Source of the DNA: Nitrospirota bacterium
GTDB lineage: Bacteria > Nitrospirota > UBA9217
Direction of reading: 5' to 3'
DNA length: 64,000 nt
NCBI GenBank assembly: GCA_963818475.1
Contig: CAWFSF010000002.1
Location: 384,001-448,000 of the forward strand
The notes beneath the pieces were generated by a model. The model worked only from the letters and a program-made list of their open reading frames with translations, made no database searches and was not told the origin of the DNA. How positions within the stretch are numbered: position 1 is the first letter of the stretch; each line of letters begins with the position of its first letter. The position numbers and the translations under genes are program-made. Below, piece by piece: positions 37,715 through 47,040 of the stretch.

Positions 37715-38260
37715 ATGCCAAAAGTTGCAGTCATTCTAGCCGATGGATTTGAGGAAGTGGAAGCCATAGCCATCATCGATGTGCTGCGACGGGCCGGGAT
37801 CGATGTCGTCGCCGCAGGCTTGCACGACGGCCACATAACGAGCTCGCACAAGGTCAAGGTCATCCCGGATACGGTGATCGACACCGTGAAAGTTGATGAC
37901 TTCGACATGCTCGTGCTGCCGGGCGGACAACCCGGGTCTGACAACTTGAACGCCGATGCGCGCGTCATCGCGCTGATCAAAAGCTTTTCGCAAAAAGGCA
38001 AGCTCACCGGAGCCATCTGCGCAGCGCCCTTCGTGCTCGGCAACGCAGGCGTGCTTGCCGGCAAACGCGCGACTTCCTACCCTTCCTACAAGGACAAGCT
38101 CTGCGGAGCGACCTATGAGGAAAAGACCGTGGTGGAAGATGGAAATGTACTGACCAGCAGGGGCGCCGGCACGGCGCTCGCCTTCGGCCTTGCCATTGTG
38201 GCGCGGCTGGTGGGCGCGGAGAAAGCGCAGAAGATCAAGGAAGCGATGCTGATCGCATGA
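37715..38260 (+). CDS. DJ-1/ThiJ/YajL family glyoxalase III
   Basis: LADGFEEVEA, LVLPGG, GAICAAP, TSRGAGTA. RBS GGAGG. Upstream TTGATT-17-TATAAT at 37614-37642. Confidence 0.93.
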   Translation: MPKVAVILADGFEEVEAIAIIDVLRRAGIDVVAAGLHDGHITSSHKVKVIPDTVIDTVKVDDFDMLVLPGGQPGSDNLNADARVIALIKSFSQKGKLTGAICAAPFVLGNAGVLAGKRATSYPSYKDKLCGATYEEKTVVEDGNVLTSRGAGTALAFGLAIVARLVGAEKAQKIKEAMLIA

Positions 38261-38290
38261 AAAACGAAAAGCTAAAGAAAACTTTAGATT

Positions 38291-38393
38291 CGTCTCTCGC
38301 AAAGCCCGCAGAACGCAAAGGAAATCTTTAACCCTGGCTTTTAAACCTGATAATTCGCCGTTCTTGGCGACCTTTGCGCCTTTGCGAGAGACG
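38291..38393. repeat. 9-bp-periodic inverted-repeat element (CGCAAAGG type), copy 2
   Basis: CGTCTCTCGCAAAG ... CTTTGCGCCTTTGCGAGAGACG. Confidence 0.8.
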
Positions 38394-38465
38394 CCGTTGC
38401 TTTCGGTTCCTGCCTTCCCGGTTTAAGGTATTTTATAGAAGCAATTACAAAACGAGGTGCCACCC

Positions 38466-39062
38466 ATGGACGACAAACCCCTTCCCAAGCCAGCCGCAAC
38501 ACCCTTCACCCGCAAGAAGGCCGGCGAGCACCGCGAAGACCAGGAACCGCTCACCGCCGACCGGATGGCGGAGGCCATGGCACAAGGCACGCTCGATGAA
38601 TTCCTCAAGCAGAAAATGCCTGATAACGAAGCTGCCAGAAAACTGGCCAGCATGATGATGGGAATGACGGGGATGATGCCGATGGGTGGCTCACCCGCGT
38701 CGCCTCCGCCTTCTGCGCCTGAGCAACAGCCCCTTTCTTCCGAAATGAATGCAGCAGAACAAATATCTCCACCGGGAGATGTACCCGAGGATGTGAGAAA
38801 GGCCATCGAAAGCGGAGATGTCCAGGGTCTCAAGGACCTGCTTCGACGGGAATATCTCAAGCGGACGCCCGGAGCCAATATTGATAACAGCGAAGAAGCT
38901 GCTGCACCGCCGCCGCAGGCGTCCGGCATGCCCGCGATCGACAAGGAATTGATCGATGCAATGTTCCAGATAGCGAAAGACAATTACGTTACCATGGACT
39001 GGATGATCCTGAGGGCTATCAAGTTTTATGTTGAAGAGTACCGGAAGACCGGGAAGTTGTAG
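38466..39062 (+). CDS. Hypothetical protein (helical segments with Pro-rich linkers)
   Basis: RBS GAGG and an open frame with plausible composition; no recognised family. Confidence 0.65.
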   Translation: MDDKPLPKPAATPFTRKKAGEHREDQEPLTADRMAEAMAQGTLDEFLKQKMPDNEAARKLASMMMGMTGMMPMGGSPASPPPSAPEQQPLSSEMNAAEQISPPGDVPEDVRKAIESGDVQGLKDLLRREYLKRTPGANIDNSEEAAAPPPQASGMPAIDKELIDAMFQIAKDNYVTMDWMILRAIKFYVEEYRKTGKL

Positions 39063-39135
39063 GCTGGGTAGAGCCAACGCGAAACCCGACAAATGATCCC
39101 AACACCTTCGTAGATAGAGCCAACGGGAACCCACT

Positions 39136-40269
39136 CTACTTTCTCAAAAACTCCTGCACCTGTTTCTTGATCTCCAGATGATGCACCGGAATATTCGGCA
39201 CATCCTTGTTCCCCGGAACCGTGAGAACATGGATAAAAGTTAATCCCTCACGCTGTCTTTTCATCACGTCGACCAACTCCTGCTCACCCGCAACTTTGAT
39301 CGTATTTCTGAAACCAAATCCCCGCGCAACCTGTTCAAGGTCCACGCAGGACGCAGCGAGCGTGGGTTGGTTTCCTGTTGACCCGTAGGCGCCGTTGTCG
39401 ATGGCGACGATCGTGAGGTTACGGGGATAAACGGAGGCTGCTGTCGCGAGCGTGCCGGGGTTCATGAGCAGGCTGCCGTCGCCGTCGATGACGACCACTT
39501 CTTTCTTTGATGAGAGAGCGATGCCGAGGCCGATGGGCGTTGCCATGCCCATGCTGCCGAGCATGTAGAAGTTCGACGGCTGGTGCTTGATCGCGTACAA
39601 CTCCTTGGACGGCCAGCCGAGATTACTGACAACGACTTTACCGTCAAGGTATGGTGAAATTATTTTGATGATATCATAACGCGTATAGGTTGGTTTCAGT
39701 GCGTCCTGCCGTTTCATGACAGCACTTCCGCATTCCGCATTCCGTATTCCGAATTCGGTTTTCACTGTTCCGCAATCAGAACCTTCCCACACTGCCGGGC
39801 TCATCAGGAATGCATGGACCATGTTCTCATCATACACATCCTTGAGCTTCCGGTCCACCTTGCTGATATCATCGATGCTGTGTATCTCTGTATAGGTGAT
39901 CCCGGCGCTTATGAGCATAGCAGGAAGCCGCCTGCCCATGGGGAACTGGGCTTCGATCTTTTCCTTGTAGATCCCGCGCTGGCTCACGAAGATGGCAAGG
40001 GGCAGTTCAAAGAATTGGGTAAGCGAGAGCAAGGCATTGATCATGTTCCCGATGCCCGAGCTCTGGACGAACATGGCAGGTCTTCTCCCTGCCAGCGCGG
40101 CGCCGGCGCAGATTCCCACGCCCTCTTCCTCCCTCGTCAGCGGAAGATGATGAAAGGACCCGGCAACCAGCTCGAGCAGGGTCTTGATCTTCTCGCAGGG
40201 AAGCGATGCGGTGAGATCCACCCCGTGCTTTTTCAGTATGGCTATGAGCTCTTCTTCAGGTCGTGGCAC
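39136..40269 (-). CDS. comDE: Sulfopyruvate decarboxylase, fused ComD+ComE
   Basis: Alpha part: SLPCEKIK, TREEEGVGICAG, QSSGIGNMINALLSL, SQRG. Beta part: VSNLGWPSKELY, NFYMLGSMG, TPP motif DGDGSLLMN...DNGAYGSTGNQ. Overlaps the cysteate synthase stop. Confidence 0.88.
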   Translation of the reverse strand: MPRPEEELIAILKKHGVDLTASLPCEKIKTLLELVAGSFHHLPLTREEEGVGICAGAALAGRRPAMFVQSSGIGNMINALLSLTQFFELPLAIFVSQRGIYKEKIEAQFPMGRRLPAMLISAGITYTEIHSIDDISKVDRKLKDVYDENMVHAFLMSPAVWEGSDCGTVKTEFGIRNAECGSAVMKRQDALKPTYTRYDIIKIISPYLDGKVVVSNLGWPSKELYAIKHQPSNFYMLGSMGMATPIGLGIALSSKKEVVVIDGDGSLLMNPGTLATAASVYPRNLTIVAIDNGAYGSTGNQPTLAASCVDLEQVARGFGFRNTIKVAGEQELVDVMKRQREGLTFIHVLTVPGNKDVPNIPVHHLEIKKQVQEFLRK

Positions 40270-41501
40270 AGCAGTTCCTCGATATCTTTCTCCGTCGCGC
40301 TCTTCGAGATGAACTTCGGCAGGACCATGTGGGTTCGCTTGACCTCCCGCAGCTTTGCCTCGCCGCCGCCGGTGATGTTCAGGAGAACGGTGTCGCTCTT
40401 CTTGATAGCGCCTTTCCGCACGGCATCTTTGAGCACGGCCACGGCGACACCCGATGCAGGGACAAGGTCGATGCCCTCGGCCGCGAGAAACTCGTCCATT
40501 CCTGCGTATACCGCCTCGTTCTCAACGCCGTACATCCCTCCTCCGGCAGAGGTGAGGAGATCGAATACGCCGCCTTGCACCGAGTAGGCAGGGTAACGGG
40601 TAGAAAGTACGCGCGTGGTGATCTGGCTGATGAGCTCCGGATCCAGGTCTTCGGTGAACAGCGAGCGGCTGCCCTTCTCCCAGGCATGCAGCATCGGCGC
40701 AAAGGGCAGGTTCTGGCCCAGGTGGAACTGCGGCAAGCGCGTGCCGAACCTGCCGTCCCTGATGAACCGCTCGGCCATCTCCCAGCCTCCGATAGCGCCG
40801 GTGCCGCTTCCGACCGCCTGGACATAATGGTCCGGCAGTTTTCCGATCTTCGAGACCGCCTCGAGCATGACGATGCCGAGCCCGTCCCGCTTCGCGATAT
40901 TCTTCACCCCTCCTTCGAAGGGGTAGCCCGTTGCCGAAGCGACGCGCCTCGCGACATCGATGGAATCCGAGTAGTCTCCGTCTCCCACGGCCAGCGTGGG
41001 CACCAAGGACGAGCTTTCCAGGTACCACATCTCCGCCAGACACATCCGCGGCACGACGATGACCACGGGAAAACCCGTTCTTGTCGAAAGGTGTGCGAAG
41101 GCCCGCGCCGTGTTCCCTGCCGAGGCGACGATCAGCCCGTTCACACCGTTCTCCCGGGCGTTCTGAATCACGACAGCAGCTTCGAACTCCTTGAAGGTGC
41201 AGGTTTCGAGCAGCGCCCCCTTCTCGGGCCAGTAACCGTTGAACGCGATGAAGAGCTGCTCGAGACCGAGATGCCTGGCAAGACCCTGGGACCGGTACAC
41301 CAGCGGCCCCGGCTGGACCGACGCGGGCTGATGGACCGGAAGCCAGTTGAACCTCCAGATGCCGTCGGCGCCGCTCTCCCTGAACTGGCGGTCATGATAC
41401 TCTGTCACCAGGAGAGCGTCCTTGCAGTGCTCGCAGAAGGCGCAGTAGGAGTTCTCCAGCGTCTTTCCGCATTTCCTGCATCGTATGGAATAATGGCTCA
41501 T
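40242..41501 (-). CDS. Cysteate synthase (threonine-synthase-like PLP enzyme, MA3297 type)
   Basis: N-terminal Zn ribbon, FNGYWPEKGA..TCTFKEFEA (PLP Lys), ASAGNTARAF, EGGVKNIAKRDG, HYVQAVGSGTG, QNLPFAPM, LNITGGG. Confidence 0.88.
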   Translation of the reverse strand: MSHYSIRCRKCGKTLENSYCAFCEHCKDALLVTEYHDRQFRESGADGIWRFNWLPVHQPASVQPGPLVYRSQGLARHLGLEQLFIAFNGYWPEKGALLETCTFKEFEAAVVIQNARENGVNGLIVASAGNTARAFAHLSTRTGFPVVIVVPRMCLAEMWYLESSSLVPTLAVGDGDYSDSIDVARRVASATGYPFEGGVKNIAKRDGLGIVMLEAVSKIGKLPDHYVQAVGSGTGAIGGWEMAERFIRDGRFGTRLPQFHLGQNLPFAPMLHAWEKGSRSLFTEDLDPELISQITTRVLSTRYPAYSVQGGVFDLLTSAGGGMYGVENEAVYAGMDEFLAAEGIDLVPASGVAVAVLKDAVRKGAIKKSDTVLLNITGGGEAKLREVKRTHMVLPKFISKSATEKDIEELLCHDLKKSS

Positions 41502-41530
41502 GATTTTACCCTCTAAAAATAAAACTATCT

Positions 41531-41795
41531 CACCACGGAGTCACGGAGACACGGAGAAAGAGATTGGTTTTAAAAATCTGGTACAGAATGATTCCACGGA
41601 ATTCAAGTTTTATGGTCTCGTAAAAAGTCCTTAGTGCTTTCATCGCGAGGAGCGGAGCGACGCAGCAATCTCGTTTACCAGACACATACGAACTGCGAGA
41701 TTGCTTCGCTACACTCGCAAAGACGGCTGAGCAGACTTATTAAGCAAGCCTCGAACTTGAAGCGTCCTCCTCCGTGTCTCCGTGCCTCCGTGGTA
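41531..41795. repeat. 9-bp-periodic inverted-repeat element (CACGGAG type) with a nested stem-loop repeat at 41640-41724
   Basis: CACCACGGAGTCACGGAGACACGGAG ... CTCCGTGTCTCCGTGCCTCCGTGGT. Inner TCATCGCGAGGAGCGGAGCGACGCAGCAATCTC ... GAGATTGCTTCGCTACACTCGCAAAGAC. Confidence 0.85.
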
Positions 41796-43017
41796 AATTC
41801 GTTTTTTTGCTTTCCTCTACCAACCCGCTCACCAGCTCCATGATGTCGGTGATCTTGATCTGTTTGTCGTGCCCCTGCATGGCCTCGTTCACCTTGGCAT
41901 AACACGCAGGACAGCTCAAGATCAGCCGGTCGGCCTTCTTTGCCACTGCCTCATCGATCGTTTGTCTGCCCATCTTGATGGCATTCTCGTGGTACACCTT
42001 GCGCGCCGCGCCGCCCGAGCCGCAGCAGCGCGAGTTCAGGCCGTGGCGCTCAAACTCGATGACCTTAACGCCCGGAATGCTCCGGAGAACGTCACGCGGT
42101 TCTTCGATGACGCCGACTCCCCGGGAAAGATAACAGGGGTCGTGATAGATCACCGTCTCGCGAAGTTCTTTCGTGATGCGCAGCGTTCCCGCCTTGACCG
42201 CGCCCGCAACGAACTGGGTGATATGCCGGATCGCAAAAGGAAGCTCTTTCCCATAGAACGCGGGCCAGTCCCTGCTCATGATGTTCACGCAGCAGGGACA
42301 GGAGCAGACCAGCGTTTTTACGCCCCTCGCCTCGTATCCCGCCACCAGCCTCTTGACCAGGTCTTCGAGCAGATCGTGCTGGCCGGTGATGAAGAGCGGG
42401 AAACCGCAGCACACCTCTTCCTCCGGCGGCAGCATGGTGAAGGGCGCTCCGATCGCATTCAGGACGAGCACGTCGCCGCGCACCATCGTCTGCGCTTCGT
42501 ACGCGCCCGTGCATCCTGCATAGTAGGCAACATCGGCGCGCTCGGCGACCCTCACGTTCCCGGGGAACCAGGGTTTGTATCGTTCTGCCGCCGGCTTTTC
42601 GTAGGGGTTGCCGCTTTTCGTAATGGCCTGCGGCAGGTTCGCCTGGACGCCGATCGGGCCGAGGCCGCGTTTTACCATTTCCTTCCGGAGCATGGGCCAG
42701 AGCCGCTGCGTGAAGATGCCGACAGGGCAGTTCTTCCCGCAGGCGCCGCAGGTAGTGCACTCGTACACGGCCTTGGTAAAGTCCTCGAGAAGCCTGGGGT
42801 CAACCGCTCCCGCGCCGAAAAGCTTCGCCTTGAGGCCGTCCGTGGACCGGATGAACTCCCGGAACATGCGGATCTTCTCGGGCGGAGAGACCGCTGCGTT
42901 TCCCGTCACGTCCTGGACCGGGCAGTGCTTGAGGCACTCGCCGCATTGGGTGCAGGCATCGATCTCCAGGACCTGCTTCGGTGAAAGCTCTTCCGTGAAT
43001 GAACGTTTATTTTTCAT
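41740..43017 (-). CDS. HdrD-like Fe-S oxidoreductase (2x[4Fe-4S] plus two CCG domains)
   Basis: CTQCGECLKHCP, CTTCGACGKNCP; YAGC..CCGFP..SCPCC; YHDPC..CCGSGG..SCPAC. Confidence 0.88.
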   Translation of the reverse strand: MKNKRSFTEELSPKQVLEIDACTQCGECLKHCPVQDVTGNAAVSPPEKIRMFREFIRSTDGLKAKLFGAGAVDPRLLEDFTKAVYECTTCGACGKNCPVGIFTQRLWPMLRKEMVKRGLGPIGVQANLPQAITKSGNPYEKPAAERYKPWFPGNVRVAERADVAYYAGCTGAYEAQTMVRGDVLVLNAIGAPFTMLPPEEEVCCGFPLFITGQHDLLEDLVKRLVAGYEARGVKTLVCSCPCCVNIMSRDWPAFYGKELPFAIRHITQFVAGAVKAGTLRITKELRETVIYHDPCYLSRGVGVIEEPRDVLRSIPGVKVIEFERHGLNSRCCGSGGAARKVYHENAIKMGRQTIDEAVAKKADRLILSCPACYAKVNEAMQGHDKQIKITDIMELVSGLVEESKKTNLPRRHGDTEEDASSSRLA

Positions 43018-43693
43018 GCATCACCAAGGGAAGCGCCAGTTCCCGTTTCTCCGCTTCAAGCATCACCAGCGGAGCGGTCAGAATATGGGTTGGAAGAAAA
43101 GGGATCAGGACCAGAACCAGGGAAAAATGCAGCAGGAACAGGATGCTGCCCGGTACTGCAGCCGGCGAGAAGCACAGTATCCCTTGGATGAACAATTTCA
43201 CCATCACGATATCGGCCCTGAAAACGGTGTTCATCAGAAGGCCGAGTGAACTGATCACGAGCAAAAGGACCAGAAGGAACATATTGGCAGGCGAGGAATA
43301 TTTTTCCTGGACGGAGAACCGCCGGATGACAAGGATATAGACCAGTGACAGAGGAAGGACGTAGCCGGCGATCAGTCCGGGGACCTGGACCCACCATACC
43401 CACTCCGGGACGGTGTGGAGAAAATACTTCAGATGCCGCAGGACAACGAGCAGGAACGAAACATGGAAGACCCACTCGCCGAACCACAGCGCGGGGTTGA
43501 CCATTAAAAGCCTCCAGAAGAAGACCACGTCCCGTACCGATAACGCACATGCCTTCGCCGACAACGGCGGCGCCGTCCCCGCGATCGCAGCGGGACGCGC
43601 CACCGCCTTCCACCAGAGCAGTGCATGCAGAAAGAACCGTATGCAGAACGCCGCATACACGCCGTACGCGGCAACGATCAACAACGTACCCAT
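43007..43693 (-). CDS. NarI/HdrE/DsrM-like membrane b-type cytochrome subunit
   Basis: About 5 hydrophobic helices with His at WVFHVSF, LRHL, LLHF and PTHIL; overlaps the start of the HdrD-like gene. Confidence 0.75.
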   Translation of the reverse strand: MGTLLIVAAYGVYAAFCIRFFLHALLWWKAVARPAAIAGTAPPLSAKACALSVRDVVFFWRLLMVNPALWFGEWVFHVSFLLVVLRHLKYFLHTVPEWVWWVQVPGLIAGYVLPLSLVYILVIRRFSVQEKYSSPANMFLLVLLLVISSLGLLMNTVFRADIVMVKLFIQGILCFSPAAVPGSILFLLHFSLVLVLIPFLPTHILTAPLVMLEAEKRELALPLVMHEK

Positions 43694-43771
43694 AGGCGTC
43701 CTTTCACAAGGAGATAGTATGAGTATAACTCACCGTCCTCGTGTGAGATAGGGGGACAGCAGCCGGCGACC

Positions 43772-44089
43772 TCATTTCTCCCGGACGAATTCGATCCGCA
43801 CGTCCTTCGGCACGTTCATGCCCGCTTCCGTCTCGATGGCCTTCAGGATGGCGGAAGGCACCGGGCAGGCGACGTGCTTGAGATGCTTCGCCGCGGACAG
43901 GTAGATCGGGTTGTCGCGGAAACCTGTGAGCGTCACCCGCTGGTCCACGGTCGCGATATCCGCAAGCATCTTCTGCACCATCTCGCAGGCCGTGTCCAGG
44001 GAGATTGCGATCTTCTTATCCTTCCCTTTCTCCGCCGTGATGGTGACGGTGAACCCGCATGCGCCTGAATTGACGATGACTTTGGTCAT
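43772..44089 (-). CDS. Small conserved Cys-containing protein (DUF6951-like)
   Basis: VNSGACGF, TACE, KHVACPVPSAILKAIE.EAG motifs. Confidence 0.7.
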   Translation of the reverse strand: MTKVIVNSGACGFTVTITAEKGKDKKIAISLDTACEMVQKMLADIATVDQRVTLTGFRDNPIYLSAAKHLKHVACPVPSAILKAIETEAGMNVPKDVRIEFVREK

Positions 44090-44128
44090 TGTTGCTCCGT
44101 CCGAAAAAAACAACATCAAGGATCCTTT

Positions 44129-44217
44129 GACACTGATCAAGGCCGATTAACCTATGATAGGGGCAGATATCAGTGAATCATGCCTTTTTTCATAAATAAT
44201 CCGCCTTTATCAGTGTC
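44129..44217. repeat. Degenerate 9-bp-periodic inverted-repeat element
   Basis: GACACTGATCAAGGCCGATT ... AATCCGCCTTTATCAGTGTC. Confidence 0.55.
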
Positions 44218-44254
44218 AAATATTTTTACCTTGTTGTTTCAATTCGCAATCGAC

Positions 44255-46231
44255 TCATCCTTTGATCTCCACCGTAGCCCCTTGCTTTACGAGCAGCTCC
44301 TTCAGGTTCGGGAACTTGTCCTTCATGTGCGGGATGTGCATGGCCTGCATGAACTCCTTCTCGAAGGCCGGGTCCGTGGCGATCTCGACGAATTCGACCC
44401 AGCGGGCCCGTTCGTTCGCTTCCCGCCGCTTGTCCCGGTTCAGGAGCGCTATGCGCGAACCGTCGCCGGCAGCGTTGCCCACGGCGTAGACCATGTCGAT
44501 GGGGCAGTCCGGGAACATGCCGAGCGTGAGCGAAGCCACTTTGTCGATGTGGCTCCCGAAGGCGCCTGCCAGTATCACGCGGTCGAGCTTGGTGATGCCG
44601 AGCCGCTTCATCATCAGTTTTGCGCCTGCATAGAGCGCTCCTTTGGCTAGCTGGAGCGCGCGCACGTCGCCCTGGGTGATGGTGATGTCGTGGCCGATGG
44701 ATGTCTCCGCAGCCCAGGCAAGCACGTACTCCGGTTTACCGTCCACGTCCTTCCGTACTCGATTGGTGCCGAGGTCCAGGACGAACCTGCCGCTTTTATC
44801 AATGATGCCGGCCTTGAACATTTCGGCCACCACGCCGATGATGCCGGAGCCGCAGAGGCCCTTGGCATTCACCTTTTCGATATGCGTGTGCCAGTCCGCC
44901 TTGCCGATGACCTTGTACCGGGGCTCCTTCGTGGCGGGGTCGATCTCGACGGTCTCGATGGCGCCCGGTGCTGCGCGCATGCCGAACTTGATCTGGGCGC
45001 CTTCGAAGGCCGGGCCGGTTGCGCAGGACGTGGAGCAGACCTTGTTCCGGTTGCCCATGAGCAGCTCGCCGTTCGTGCCGATGTCGATGATCAGGACCAT
45101 CTCGTCCTGGTTGTAGGGTTCTTCCGCGATCAGCACGCCCACGTTGTCGGCGCCCACGAAGCCCGCTTCGATCGGCAGCACGTGAATGTAGGAACCTGGA
45201 TTGATCCGGAGGCCCAGGTCGCGCGCCTTGATATCGAGCGAGTTCTGGACCGCAGGGATGAAGGGCGACCGGCCGATGTATTCGGGGTTCAGGCCCAGGA
45301 AGATGTGGTGCATGGCCGTATTGAATACGATCGTCAGGTCGTCGATCATGAACCCGGGGTTCAAGTCGTCCTTTTTTATGTCCACGGAAACGCGCTCGAT
45401 GATCTCGTTCAGGCCCTGGATGATCGCCTTCTGCATGGTGTCCAGGCCGCCCGGATTGCTCATGGCAAAGGTGATGCGCGACATCACGTCCTCGCCGTAG
45501 GGCACCTGGGGGTTCATCATGGATTCGGTGTTCACGACCTTGCCCGTGCTCAGGTCCGTCAAATAGCCCACGCAGGTCGTCGTGCCGACGTCCACGGCAA
45601 GGCCGTAGCTCGCCTCGACAAAGCCCGGCTCCACCTTGATGATCTCCCTGTCCATCCAGACCGTGACCGTTGCCTTCCACGCGTCCTTTCTGAGAACGTC
45701 CTGGAGGTCTTTGAGCACCAGGTAATCGAACGTAAGCCCTGTAAGCTTGTAGTTGTCCTCAAGGTATTTCAGCACCCGTTCCCAGTCGCCCGTGGTCATA
45801 TCGTGGAGTGACGGTTGTGCGAGTTCGACATTGTACTTCTTTACCGCCGGGTCGAGCTTGATCGTGAGCTCTTTCGCTGCCTTCCTGACGACCTGTTTGC
45901 CCGCGCGCGAACGTTCGGGTACGAAGACCTTGACGTCGCCGTGGATCTCGGCCGTACACGACAGCCTGATGCCCGGCCCGTCCTCGGGCTTGATGTGCTT
46001 TTTCTCCGCTTCGGAGAGCGGGGAGAGATGGGCCATGCCCGATTCGATATTGTCCTTTTCGAAATAGCCTTCTTCGATCCTGACCTTGCACTTGCCGCAG
46101 ACCTTTTTGTTTCCGCAGAGCGCTTCGATGTCAACACCCAGGGACTGGGCCGCTTCAAGGATGGTCTTGCCGTCCTCTACTTCGCCGCGGCTGCCCGAGG
46201 GCTGGAATATCACTTTGTGTTTCTTGAGCAT
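44255..46231 (-). CDS. ATP-dependent reductive activator of corrinoid proteins (RACo/RamA, ASKHA domain with N-terminal 2Fe-2S)
   Basis: LCGNKKVCGKC..RLSC, GLAVDVGTTT, NPQ..YGEDVMSRI, GFVGAD, IDIGTNGE, ATGPAFEG, LAGAFG, VGNAAG. Confidence 0.93.
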   Translation of the reverse strand: MLKKHKVIFQPSGSRGEVEDGKTILEAAQSLGVDIEALCGNKKVCGKCKVRIEEGYFEKDNIESGMAHLSPLSEAEKKHIKPEDGPGIRLSCTAEIHGDVKVFVPERSRAGKQVVRKAAKELTIKLDPAVKKYNVELAQPSLHDMTTGDWERVLKYLEDNYKLTGLTFDYLVLKDLQDVLRKDAWKATVTVWMDREIIKVEPGFVEASYGLAVDVGTTTCVGYLTDLSTGKVVNTESMMNPQVPYGEDVMSRITFAMSNPGGLDTMQKAIIQGLNEIIERVSVDIKKDDLNPGFMIDDLTIVFNTAMHHIFLGLNPEYIGRSPFIPAVQNSLDIKARDLGLRINPGSYIHVLPIEAGFVGADNVGVLIAEEPYNQDEMVLIIDIGTNGELLMGNRNKVCSTSCATGPAFEGAQIKFGMRAAPGAIETVEIDPATKEPRYKVIGKADWHTHIEKVNAKGLCGSGIIGVVAEMFKAGIIDKSGRFVLDLGTNRVRKDVDGKPEYVLAWAAETSIGHDITITQGDVRALQLAKGALYAGAKLMMKRLGITKLDRVILAGAFGSHIDKVASLTLGMFPDCPIDMVYAVGNAAGDGSRIALLNRDKRREANERARWVEFVEIATDPAFEKEFMQAMHIPHMKDKFPNLKELLVKQGATVEIKG

Positions 46232-46267
46232 GATTCCTCCTGAACTACTCGAATCTAAGAGCTATAT

Positions 46268-46396
46268 CCACCACGGAGACACGGAGGCACGGAGGAAAAC
46301 AGATTACTAGTGCTTCATTAAGTTCGTTAGTTGCTTAATCCAAAGACACGCCTGATCTCAGTATCGATTTCTCCGTGTCTCCGTGACTCCGTGGTT
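46268..46396. repeat. 9-bp-periodic inverted-repeat element (CACGGAG type)
   Basis: ACCACGGAGACACGGAGGCACGGAG ... CTCCGTGTCTCCGTGACTCCGTGGT. Confidence 0.85.
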
Positions 46397-46401
46397 AAAA
46401 A

Positions 46402-47040
46402 TTATCCTGCAATCGTTTCTTTCCTCCCATACGGACAAATATTGATACACAGCCCGCAGTTGGGCTTGCCGTCAGTTGCCCGCTTGGTCGATTTGTGGCT
46501 TCTGCAGTCGCTGAGCTTCACCAGTTCAACAAAAGGCGAGGACCGGGACCATTCCCGACCCGTGATCGCATGCGAAGGACAGTAGGTCATGCAGAGCGTG
46601 CAATCGCCGCACAAGCTGTGTTCCATGGGCGCATCCGGCCGGAAACGGGCATCGGTCAGGACCGTGACAAGCGACAGGCGCGGACCGTGGTCGATGTTGA
46701 TAAGAAGCCCGTTCTTCCCGATCCAGCCCAACCCGGCGGACGTGGCCGCCATCTTGTGATTGAACAGGGAGTAGAGCTTCGAGATGCACGTGCCCTTCCT
46801 GCGGTCCGAGTCCGGCGGGATGGCAAGGGTGCGATGCCCCCGGGCCTTCAGGAACCGGACCGCCCGCTTCTCAAGCTTCGCGAGCAGGCTGAGGGTGTCT
46901 TCATTCAGCCTCCGGTCCACACCGATGGACACCGCCCGGGCCAGATGGGCGATCTCGCCGCTCAGGTACCCGTCGAGGCCTGCGAACCCCACGACCGTTG
47001 CGCCGTGGTCCAGCAGTTCTTTCCTGAGCGAGGTCTTCAT
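46402..47040 (-). CDS. QueG/reductive-dehalogenase-like 4Fe-4S protein
   Basis: NHKMAATSAGLGWIGKNGLLI..HGPRL, CGDCTLCMTYCP, CGLCINICPYG. Confidence 0.85.
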   Translation of the reverse strand: MKTSLRKELLDHGATVVGFAGLDGYLSGEIAHLARAVSIGVDRRLNEDTLSLLAKLEKRAVRFLKARGHRTLAIPPDSDRRKGTCISKLYSLFNHKMAATSAGLGWIGKNGLLINIDHGPRLSLVTVLTDARFRPDAPMEHSLCGDCTLCMTYCPSHAITGREWSRSSPFVELVKLSDCRSHKSTKRATDGKPNCGLCINICPYGRKETIAG

